Of a stretch of 64,000 nt of DNA, positions 26,039-37,300 are shown in pieces. Position 1 is the stretch's first letter. Each line of letters begins with the position of its first letter. The position numbers and the translations under genes are program-made. The DNA comes from Eledone cirrhosa. Lineage: Eukaryota. The stretch covers positions 363,568,001-363,632,000 of the forward strand of contig OZ024742.1 of NCBI GenBank assembly GCA_964016885.1. Direction: 5' to 3'. Below the pieces are notes generated by a model. That model was not told where the DNA came from and searched no databases. It saw only the letters and a list, made by a program, of their open reading frames with translations.

Positions 26039-26251
26039 ATATTTCCACGATTGTATAACTTCTGTAAAATATAGTTGACATAATATGTTTATATATAACA
26101 GATAACAAAATATTTCCACCATGGTATAACTTCTGTAAAATATAGATGACATAATATGTTTATATATAACAGATAACAAAATATTTCCACCATGGTATAA
26201 CTTCTGTAAAATATAGATGACATAATATGTTTATATATAACAGATAACAAA
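26039..26251. repeat. 71-bp tandem repeat, 3 copies
   Basis: Units start at 26039, 26110 and 26181. Confidence 0.9.
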
Positions 26252-26675
26252 ATAAACTAAGATATATTACAATGATAAAAAATATAATGAGACTGTTTCT
26301 TGTATATGTTAATCTATCCAAATTCTTGAATATTTCCAAAATATCTATTTCACTTCAAAATTTGTTGTTTCTTTTTTGTTCATATTTTAAACCTACTCTC
26401 ATATTTGTTATCTACCTTATATTCTTTACAGTTCTATTCCAGTTCCTTTGAACATTTTACTCCTCTGATTAATAAAAATCAAGTATATTGGTATTGGAAA
26501 AACAGGATTTAGAAAAATAGTGGAAATGTGTTAACAAATTGTATTAGACTGTTGAAGGAATGGATTGTAAAACAATGGATGTGTTACTGAGGTTTGATTT
26601 TCATATTATTTCATTGTTTAAAATATATATATATGTGTGTGTGTGTGTGTATACATACCAACATACATATATATA

Positions 26676-27285
26676 TGGTGGCTGCCAACTCGTTTTCGAG
26701 TACGGCCACTACTTTATATCCATGTAGGAGAACCCCTACCGATGCGCTGAACAAGTGTGACAGTTTAGTCCAGCCAGCGACTTGAAAACTCTGGTACAAA
26801 CACTACACTTGTGACAATTATTGACACCTAGTGCTGGGCCCATGGTACCATGTGACGACAAGTGCAGAGAGATCTCCAGATATAAAGCAATGCCTGTGCC
26901 GTGAAGCTTTTATAGTGAGCAAAGGCACTGCACAAAGCCAGTCCCACTCTCTTAACCAAGATGATATTTACCAAAAAGAAGAACAAGTCAACATCATTGG
27001 ATACCATCAGGGTTGCAGGTGTTATATCAGAGTGTTCCTTCTCCTAGAATTCTGCCTTGACAAAGGCTAAGGGGTCATCTCTCCCGATGATTTTGGATGT
27101 CCATTGACTCTTAAGAGCTCCTTTGCTCTTTGACAGGTTTTGTTTTTAGTCCTGCAGGATGTCCAAAGTTACCCTCCTCACCAAGAAACCTTGTTGGGGT
27201 TGCCAGTTTAGTCGCCAACGACCCGACCATGAGACAGGTTGTACTGGGATACATGTTACCAGTAGCACCAACTGGTGACCTGACA
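26676..27285 (-). mobile_element. RTE-clade LINE 5'UTR-like fragment
   Basis: Minus strand has CTAGGAGAAGGAACACTCTGA, resembling a motif I recall from RTE 5'UTRs. It is a more GC-rich island between microsatellites with no intact ORF. Confidence 0.5.
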
Positions 27286-27625
27286 TATATATATACACAC
27301 ACACATGGAGACAGACAGACATACACACACAAACACACACATACAAACACACGCACACACACACACACAGCACACACACAACCCACACACACTCAACAAC
27401 ACACACACACACACTACACACACACAAACAAACACACACACACACACACACAATAATTGCTTTATTCATATATATATGATTTTGCAAGTCAGATTCCAAC
27501 TTACGATGATCGGCATTATATATATATATATATTATTTGTTTGTTAAAGAAATCAAATTGAATTAATTCACCAGTTAGACAGCATAGGAATAATAAGGTT
27601 GTTACCAAAGAGCCAGAAGATTGAC

Positions 27626-28078
27626 AAGTCGACCCTAAACATGATTAATAGCTCTAGGAAAGCCATGAACAACACCACATCTTTTTAACTTTGATTTTGA
27701 AAGTAGGTTTATCATTTTTAAATTTCATTGCAGTTTTATAGCTGTCTCGGTGGCCTAGTTGGAGGAATCATAGACGATGGTGATCCTGATCTGAAGTTCG
27801 ATCCTGGTCAGGATTAGGATTCTCGGTAAACCTCTTCTGTTTTTTCTATGAGATGTAAAATAAAAACTGAAAAATATAACATGTACCTCTCGAGCAGGAT
27901 TGAACCCAAGGTGAGGATCTCTCCCGTGTCTAGTACCTATCAATAAGCCACAGAGTCAACTACAAAAATCTTACGAAAATTCAAACTTATGAACCTACTT
28001 TCAACATTTTCAAAACAAAATGATGTGGTGTCGTTCATGACTTCCATAATGTCATTGCTCCTACTTAAGGTCGACTTC
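27626..28078. repeat. Diverged inverted pair of a ~190-bp element containing Pol III A/B-box-like motifs
   Basis: aagtcgacc...catgaacaacaccacatc...ttgaaagtaggtt...gtggc...gttcgatcctg on + is mirrored at 27890-28078 on -. Confidence 0.65.
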
Positions 28079-28183
28079 TAAATCATTCGGGTGTTCCATA
28101 AACTAAACCCTCGTTTTGTTTCTCCTCTATCTAGATTATATGTTAACCTGTAATCCAAATTTCATTTAGTTGCACCACATTTT

Positions 28184-28243
<60 letters not shown>

Positions 28244-28356
28244 TCTCTCTCTCCCCTTCTCTCTGTGATATTTGAATCTACTATGATTTGAGCTTACCTT
28301 AATCATATATATATGTTTTTGCATGTCAGTTAGATTTAAACTTACAATGATTGGCA

Positions 28357-28394
<38 letters not shown>

Positions 28395-28843
28395 TGGTGG
28401 ACTGGGTCTAAAAGTGTTGGTTGCCAGGAGATGAAGGGGGCCCACCTACATATAGAATGCAATCATTTAATTTCTATAATGAATAAATAACATTTTCAAA
28501 AAATACATAAGTGGAAACAAAACAGTGCAATCAAATTTTTGCGGAAAAATATCTTACGTTCTCCAATAAAAGATATTATGTATCTTTCAATAAAGATTTT
28601 GGTCTTTCACATTTACGCTATATATATATATATGTAAGAAGCAAAGAAAATTTCAAAGATACGAAAGATTTCCTGGTGGAAGTTCAGGTGTACTCCGAGT
28701 TGGTATCTAGTTTCGAGGTGAAAGTCCAATAAGAAAATCCAACGAATTTTGAGAGGTCCACGTAAGCGTTGATATATATATATATATGCATGTAAAAGGA
28801 AAACAGAAATAACAACACAATCTGAGTTTTTCAAATATTAATA

Positions 28844-28958
28844 ATTGTTTCTACGTTAGGCACAAGGCCAGCAATTACCCAGTGCATTACTGGTACTTTA
28901 TTTTATCGACCCCGTAAGGATGAAAGGCAAAGTTAACCTTGGCGGGATTTGAACTCAG
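28844..28958 (-). mobile_element. SINE (5'-truncated) inserted into family E element
   Basis: Close match to 1131-1246; tttcaaatattaataat is duplicated on both sides. Confidence 0.8.
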
Positions 28959-29100
28959 AATTATTATTAATAGATTTGAACTTTCAAATATTAATAATAA
29001 CATTCGATTTGTTAGCAATTATGCAAACAAGCCTCACTTTTAAAGCTATTTCTGTAAAATAAACCCTTCTTTCTTGCGCTTGTGTTTGCATGTAAACAGA

Positions 29101-29146
29101 ACTGCCGACACTAATGGTTCTGGGTATTACCCTTCATCAGTACAGT
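29101..29146 (-). ncRNA. Degenerate hammerhead ribozyme (family E)
   Basis: Minus strand reads actgta-CTGATGA-a ggg taata ccc a-GAAC-cattagtg-TC-ggcagt. GAAA is mutated and stem I is imperfect. Confidence 0.5.
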
Positions 29147-29336
29147 CACTGTTCACCTGCCTAACTGTCAGAGCTAGTGAAAATATATATTTATTAAAAT
29201 ATAAAGTGACTGATCGGCCTGATTTGCATATTAGCAGACTGGTTAGTCAGTTTCCTGTATACGAGCGATACATGGCCGGCTTTTCCACATTAAAAGTAAA
29301 AGATCTTCGTTTTACATGGCTGAATACAAAAACTGT

Positions 29337-29416
<80 letters not shown>

Positions 29417-29672
29417 ATGTGTGTGTATGTATTGTAACGTCCATTCTGAATATTGTAACGTCAAACCTCAATAAACGCAATGAAGACATAATACTTCGTC
29501 ATTTTTATTATTATTATAAATATATATATATATATATATATATTTTTATATATATATAAGTTGAAATAGAATGAAAACGAAATTTCATTTCTCACTCTTA
29601 GTACGGCACTTACTTAAATGTAAGTATGTGTGTATACGTACATACATATATGTATACAGACGTACAGTACCA

Positions 29673-29830
<158 letters not shown>

Positions 29831-30004
29831 TATACATACAGGTCCACATACATATATGCACGTATCAGTTTAGGGGACGCTTATTATAACGCCGCTTTGT
29901 TCGTTTGTAAACAAACTGAACAGCCTGAAATTTTATGCTCAGCCGTTAATTTTCGTAAGGAAAGTATATACTTTCGAACGTTCAACTATCTGGCAGATGG
30001 GTAT

Positions 30005-30047
30005 ACGGTGCTGATGATAGCTAACAAGCTTGAAACTAGTACATCGT
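30005..30047 (+). ncRNA. Minimal type I hammerhead ribozyme (family F, copy 1)
   Basis: Reads acggtg-CTGATGA-t agc taacaa gct t-GAAA-ctag-TA-catcgt. Stem III is the palindrome ACTAGT and the predicted GUA cleavage is after 30041. Confidence 0.88.
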
Positions 30048-30213
30048 TCCTGTGTCAGTGTTGAACAAAAAGGTGACGTGGTTGCCTTAACACCGTACGG
30101 CATAAAAATTCAGGCTGTTCAGTTTGTTTACAAACGAACAAAGCGGCGTTATAATAAGCGTCCCCTAAACTGATACGTACATATATGTATGTGTACCTGT
30201 ATGTATATATATG

Positions 30214-30283
<70 letters not shown>

Positions 30284-30519
30284 TGCTACTGTACGTCTGT
30301 ATACCTATATGTATGTACGTATACACACATACTTACATTTAAGTAAGTGCCGTACTAAGAGTGAGAAATGAAATTTCGTTTTCATTCTATTTCAACTTAT
30401 CGTTTTCGGTATGCCTGACCGACTTAGCTCACTCGATATGCAAATTAGGCTGCTCAGCCGTTAATTTTCATAAGGAAAGTATATACTTTCGAACGTTCAA
30501 CTATCTGGCAGATGGGTAT

Positions 30520-30562
30520 ACGGTGCTGATGATAGCTAACAAGCTTGAAACTAGTACATCGT
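30520..30562 (+). ncRNA. Minimal type I hammerhead ribozyme (family F, copy 2)
   Basis: Identical to 30005-30047, offset 515. Confidence 0.88.
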
Positions 30563-30729
30563 TCCTGTGTCAGTGTTGAACAAAAAGGTGACGTGGTTGC
30601 CTTAACACCGTACGGCATAAAAAATTCAGTCTGTTCAGTTTGTTTACAAACGAACAAAGCGGCGTTGTAATAAGCGTCCCCTAAACTGATACGTGCATAT
30701 ATGTATGTGTACCTGTATGTATATATATG

Positions 30730-30766
<37 letters not shown>

Positions 30767-30827
30767 ATATATATATGCATGCTACTGTACGTCTGTATAC
30801 CTATATGTATGTACGTATACACACATA

Positions 30828-30882
<55 letters not shown>

Positions 30883-30883
<1 letters not shown>

Positions 30884-31061
30884 AGCTCAAGCCGTTTCGA
30901 CGGCTAATTCTGGACTGAATGCAGTCCAGAATTAGCCGTCGAAACGGCTTGAGCTCAGCCGTCGGGGTCTTACTTGTTCCTATTACCCACTCTACTACCC
31001 TAAGTATTGAGTACTTTGGTGCGTTATGGTCCACCGGGTTCCTTACCACATTTCCTTCGTT
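30883..31061 (+). mobile_element. Family C insertion with inverted duplication (centre 30918-30921)
   Basis: gagctc...tggactg is mirrored by cagtcca...gagctc. It keeps GAAAcggct-tgagctc-agccgTC and ends ttccttcgtt(AT)n. Confidence 0.78.
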
Positions 31062-31375
31062 ATATATATATATATATATATTATATATATTATGGAATAC
31101 TATTGGCTTCTTGGTACAATAATTTCTATAGTTTTCATTTATATATATATGTGTTGGTGAGAGAGTGTGCGTGTGTGAGCGTGTGTGTGTGTGTGTATAT
31201 GTGTTAGTATGTGTGGGTATGTGTGTGTGGGTGCATGTGTGTGTGTATGTGTGGGTATGTGTGTGTCTAGATAAATAATTAAATAATTATAAAAAATAGA
31301 TGGACAGACAGTAAAACAGACAGATAAATGTTTAATAGGTTGATGGAATAATGTAAAGAATTAGCAGAGAAACAG

Positions 31376-34300
31376 AGTGTGTGTATGTGTTTGAGAGCCG
31401 TAGTGTATGGTGTGTGGGGGAGTGTGTGTATGTGATTGAGAGACGTAGTGTGTGGTGTGAGAGGGAGTGTGTGTATGTGGTTGAGAGCCGTAGTGTGTAG
31501 TGTGTGGGGGGGGGGGGAGTGCGTGTATGTGGTTGAGAGCCGTAGTGTGTGGGAGGGAGGGAGTGTGTGTATGTGGTTGAGAGCCCTAGTGTGTGGTGTG
31601 TGGGGGAGTGTGTGTATGTGGTTGAGAGCCGTAGTGTGTGTGTGGGGGGCAGTGTGTGTATGTGGTTGAGAACCTTAGTTTGTAGTGTGGGAGGGAGTGT
31701 GTGGTGTGGGAGGGAGTGTGCGTATGTGGTTGAGAGCCGTAGTGTGTGTGTGGGGGGCAGTGTGTGTATGTGGTTGAGAACCTTAGTTTGTAGTGTGGGA
31801 GGGAGTGTGTGTATGTGGTTGAGAGCCGTAGTGTGGGGTGTGGGAGGGAGTGTGTGTATGTGGTTGAGAGCCGTAGTGTGTGTGTGGGGGGCAGTGTGTG
31901 GTTGTGGTTGAGAACCTTAGTTTGTAGTGTGGGAGGGAGTGTGTGTATGTGGTTGAGAGCCGTAGTGTGTGGTGTGGGAGGGAGTGTGTGTATGTGGTTG
32001 AGAGCCCTAGTGTATGGTGTGTGGGGGAGTGTGTGTATGTGATTGAGAGCCGTAGTGTGTGGTGTGGGAGGGAGTGTGTGCATGTGGTTGAGAGCCGTAG
32101 TGTGTAGTGTGTGGGGGGGGGAGTGCGTGTATGTGGTTGAGAGCCGTGGTGTGTGGTGTGGGAGGGAGTGTGTGTATGTGGTTGAGAGCCTTAGTGTGTG
32201 GTGTGGGAGGGAGTGCGTGTATGTGGTTGAGAGCCGTAGTGTGTGGTGTGGGAGGGAGTGTGTGTATGTGGTTGAGAGCCGTAGTGTGTGGTGTGGGAGG
32301 GAGTGCGTGTTTGTGGTTGAGAGCCGTAGTGTGTGGTGTGGGAAGGAGTGTGTGTATGTGGTTGAGTGCCTTAGTGTGTGGTGTGGGGGGGAGTGTGTGT
32401 ATGTGGTTGAGTGCCTTAGTGTGTGGTGTGTGGGGGAGTGTGTGTATGTGGTTGAGTGCCTTAGTGTGTGGTGTGTGGGGGAGTGTGTGTATGTGATTGA
32501 GAGCCGTAGTGTGTGGTGTGGGAGGGAGTGTGTGTATGTGGTTGAGAGCCTTAGTGTGTGGTGTGGGGGGGAGTGTGTGTATGTGGTTGAGAGCCGTAGT
32601 GTGTGGTGTGGGGGAGTGTGTGTATGTGGTTGAGTGCCTTAGTGTGTGATGTGGGGGGGAGTGTGTGTATGTGGTTGAGAACCGTAGAGTGTGTGTGGGG
32701 GGCAGTGTGTGTATGTGGTTGAGAGCCTTAGTGTGGGGTGTGGGAGGCAGTGTGTATGTGGTTGAGCGCCTTAGTGTGTGGTGTGGGGGGCAGTGTGTGT
32801 ATGTGGTTGAGAGCCTTATTGTGTGGTGTGGGGGGAGTGTGTGTATGTGGTTGAGAGCCTTAGTGTGTGGTGTGGGGGGAGTGTGTGTATGTGGTTGAGA
32901 GCCGTAGTGTGTGGTGTGGGGGGAGTGTGTGTATGTGGTTGAGAGCCGTAGTGTGTGGTGTGGGGGGAGTGTGTGTATGTGGTTGAGAGCCTTAGTGTGT
33001 GTTGTGGGGGGAGTGTGTGTATGTGGTTGAGAGACTTAGTGTGTGTTGTGGGAGGGAGTGTGTGTATGTGGTTGAGAGCCGTAGTGTGTGGTGTGGGAGG
33101 GAGTGTGTGTATGTGGTTGAGAGCCGTAGTGTGTGGTGTGGGAGGGAGTGTGTGTATGTGGTTGAGAGCCTTAGTGTGTGGTGTGGGGGGAGTGTGTGTA
33201 TGTGGTTGAGAGCCTTAGTGTGTGGTGTGGGAGGCAGTGTGTGTATGTAGTTGAGAGCCGTAGTGTGTGGTGTGGGAGGGAGTGTGTGTATGTGGTTGAG
33301 AGCCGTAGTGTGTGGTGTGGGAGGCAGTGTGTGTATGTGGTTGAGAGCCGTATTGTGTGGTGTGGGAGGGAGTGTGTGTATGTGGTTGAGAGCCGTAGTG
33401 TGTGGTGTGGGAGAGAGTGTGTGTATGTGGTTGAGAGCCGTATTGTGTGGTGTGGGAGGCAGTGTGTGTATGTGGTTGAGAGCCGTAGTGTGTCGTGTGG
33501 GGGGGAGTGTGTGTACGTGGTTGAGAGCCGTAGTGTGTGGTGTGGGAGGGAGTGTGTGTATGTGGTTGAGAGCCGTAGTGTGTGGTGTGGGAGGGAGTGT
33601 GTGTATGTGGTTGAGAGCCTTAGTGTGTGGTGTGTGAGACAGTGTGTGTATGTGGTTGAGAGCCGTAGTGTGTGTATGTGGGGGGAGTGTGTGTATGTGG
33701 TTGAGAGCCTTAGTGTGTGGTGTGGGAGGCAGTGTGTGTATGTGGTTGAGAGCCGTAGTGTGTGGTGTGGGAGGGAGTGTGTGTATGTGGTTGAGAGCCG
33801 TAGTGTGTGGTGTGGGGGGGAGTGTGTGTATGTGGTTGAGAGCATTAGTGTGTGGTGTGGGAGGCAGTGTGTGTATGTGGTTGAGAGCCGTAGTGTGTGG
33901 TGTGGGAGGGAGTGTGTGTATGTGGTTGAGAGCCGTAGTGTGTGGTGTGGGGGGGAGTGTGTGTATGTGGTTGAGAGCCTTAGTGTGTGGTGTGGGAGGC
34001 AGTGTGTGTATGTGGTTGAGAGCCGTAGTGTGTGGTGTGGGAGGGAGTGTGTGTATGTGGTTGAGAGCCGTAGTGTGTGGTGTGGGGGGGAGTGTGTGTA
34101 TGTGGTTGAGAGCCTTAGTGTGTGGTGTGGGAGGCAGTGTGTGTATGTGGTTGAGAGCCGTAGTGTGTGGTGTGGGAGGGAGTGTGTGTATGTGGTTGAG
34201 AGCCGTAGTGTGTGGTGTGGGAGGGAGTGTGTGTGTGTGGTTGAGAGCCTTAGTGTGTGGTGTGGGAGGCAGTGTGTGTATGTGGTTGAGAGCCGTAGTG

Positions 34301-37300
34301 TGTGGTGTGGGAGGCAGTGTGTGTATGTGGTTGAGAGCCGTAGTGTGTGGTGTGGGAGGGAGTGTGTGTATGTGGTTGAGAGCCTTAGTGTGTGGTGTGG
34401 GGGGTGTATGTGGTTGAGAACCTTAGTGTGTGGTGTGGGAGGGAGTGTGTGTATGTGGTTGAGGGCCGTAGTGTGTGGTGTGGGAGGGAGTGTGTGTTTG
34501 TGGTTGAGAGCCGTAGTGTGTGGTGTGGGAGGCAGTGTGTGTATGTGGTTGAGGGCCGTAGTGTGTGGTGTGGGAGGCAGTGTGTGTATGTGGTTGAGAG
34601 CCGTAGTGTGTGGTGTGGGAGGGAGTGTGTGTATGTGGTTGAGAGCCGTAGTGTGTGGTGTGGGAGGGAGTGTGTGTATGTGGTTGAGAGCCGTAGTGTG
34701 TGGTGTGGTGAGGGAGTGTGTGTATGTGGTTGAGAGCCGTAGTGTGGTGTGTGGGAGGGTGTGTGTGTATGTGGTTGAGAGCCGTAGTGTGTGGTGTGGG
34801 AGGGAGTGTGTGTATGTGGTTGAGAGCCGTAGTGTGGTGTGTGGGAGGGAGTGTGTGTATGTGGTTGAGAGCCGTAGTGTGTGGTGTGGGAGGGAGTGTG
34901 TGTATGTGGTTGAGAGCCTTAGTGTGTGGTGTGGGAGGGAGTGCGTGTTTGTGGTTGAGAGCCGTAGTGTGTGGTGTGGGAAGGAGTGTGTGTATGTGGT
35001 TGAGTGCCTTAGTGTGTGGTGTGGGGGGGAGTGTGTGTATGTGGTTGAGTGCCTTAGTGTGTGGTGTGGGGGGGAGTGTGTGTATGTGATTGAGAGCCGT
35101 AGTGTGTGGTGTGGGAGGGAGTGTGTGTATGTGGTTGAGAGCCGTAGTGTGTGTATGTGGTTGAGAGCCCTAGTGTGTGGTGTGTGGGGGAGTGTGTGTA
35201 TGTGGTTGAGAGCCGTAGAGTGTGGTGTGGGAGGGAGTGTGTGGTGTGGGAGGGAGTGTGCGTATGTGGTTGAGAGCCGCAGTGTGTGGTGGGGGTGGGA
35301 GTGTGAATATGTGGTTGAGAGCCGTGGTGTGTGGTGTGGGAGGGAGTGTGTGTATGTGGTTGAGAGCCGTAGTGTGTGGTGTGGGAGGGGTGTGTGTATG
35401 TGGTTGAGAGCCATAGTGTGTGGTGTGGGAGGGAGTGTGTGTATGTGGTTGAGAGCCGTAGTGTGTGGTGTGGGAGGGAGTGTGTGTATGTGGTTGAGAG
35501 CCGTAGTGTGTGGTGTGGGAGGGAGTGTGTGTATGTGGTTGAGAGCCGTAGTGTGTGGTGTGGGAGGGAGTGTGTGTATGTGGTTGAGAGCCGTAGTGTG
35601 TGGTGTGGGAGGGAGTGTGTGTATGTGGTTGAGAGCCTTAGTGTGTGGTGTGGGAGGGAGTGTGTGTATGTGGTTGAGAGCCGTAGTGTGTGGTGTGGGA
35701 GGGAGTGTGTGTATGTGGTTGAGAGCCGTAGTGTGTGGTGTGGGAGGGAGTGTGTGTATGTGGTTGAGAGCCGTAGTGTGTGGTGTGGGAGGGAGTGTGT
35801 GTATGTGGTTGAGAGCCGTAGTGTGTGGTGTGGGAGGGAGTGTGTGTATGTGGTTGAGAGCCGTAGTGTGTGGTGTGGGAGGGAGTGTGTGTATGTGGTT
35901 GAGAGCCTTAGTGTGTGGTGTGGGAGGGAGTGTGTGTATGTGGTTGAGAGCCGTAGTGTGTGGTGTGGGAGGGAGTGCGTGTTTGTGGTTGAGAGCCTTA
36001 GTGTGTGGTGTGGGAGGGAGTGTGTGTATGTGGTTGAGAGCCTTAGTGTGTGGTGTGGGAGGGAGTGTGTGTATGTGGTTGAGAGCCGTAGTGTGTGGTG
36101 TGGGAGGGAGTGTGTGTATGTGGTTGAGAGCCGTAGTGTGTGGTGTGGGAGGGAGTGTGTGTATGTGGTTGAGAGCCGTAGTGTGTGGTGTGGGAGGGAG
36201 TGTGTGTATGTGGTTGAGAGCCGTAGTGTGGGGTGTGGGAGGGAGTGTGTGTATGTGGTTGAGAGCCGTAGTGTGTGTGTGGGGGGCAGTGTGTGGTTGT
36301 GGTTGAGAACCTTAGTTTGTAGTGTGGGAGGGAGTGTGTGTATGTGGTTGAGAGCCGTAGTGTGTGGTGTGGGAGGGAGTGTGTGTATGTGGTTGAGAGC
36401 CCTAGTGTATGGTGTGTGGGGGAGTGTGTGTATGTGATTGAGAGCCGTAGTGTGTGGTGTGGGAGGGAGTGTGTGCATGTGGTTGAGAGCTGTAGTGTGT
36501 AGTGTGTGGGGGGGGAGTGCGTGTATGTGGTTGAGAGCCGTAGTGTGTGGTGTGGGAGGGAGTGTGTGTATGTGGTTGAGAGCCTTAGTGTGTGGTGTGG
36601 GAGGGAGTGCGTGTATGTGGTTGAGAGCCGTAGTGTGTGTTGTGGGAGGGAGTGTGTGTATGTGGTTGAGAGCCGTAGTGTGTGGTGTGGGAGGGAGTGC
36701 GTGTTTGTGGTTGAGAGCCGTAGTGTGTGGTGTGGGAAGGAGTGTGTGTATGTGGTTGAGTGCCTTAGTGTGTGGTGTGGGGGGGAGTGTGTGTATGTGG
36801 TTGAGTGCCTTAGTGTGTGGTGTGTGGGGGAGTGTGTGTATGTGATTGAGAGCCGTAGTGTGTGGTGTGGGAGGGAGTGTGTGTATGTGGTTGAGAGCCT
36901 TAGTGTGTGGTGTGGGGGGGAGTGTGTGTATGTGGTTGAGAGCCGTAGTGTGTGGGTGTGGGGGAGTGTGTGTATGTGGTTTGAGTGCCTTAGTGTGTGA
37001 TGTGGGGGGGAGTGTGTGTATGTGGTTGAGAACCGTAGAGTGTGTGTGGGGGGCAGTGTGTGTATGTGGTTGAGAGCCTTAGTGTGGGGTGTGGGAGGCA
37101 GTGTGTATGTGGTTGAGCGCCTTAGTGTGTGGTGTGGGGGGCAGTGTGTGTATGTGGTTGAGAGCCTTATTGTGTGGTGTGGGGGGAGTGTGTGTATGTG
37201 GTTGAGAGCCTTAGTGTGTGGTGTGGGGGGGAGTGTGTGTATGTGGTTGAGAGCCGTAGTGTGTGGTGTGGGGGGTGGAGTGTGTGTATGTGGTTGAGAG

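Noticed and set aside
28690-28745. Minus-strand GAAA-ctag motif in an AT-flanked island
   Set aside because: No CUGANGA-like core at a suitable position.
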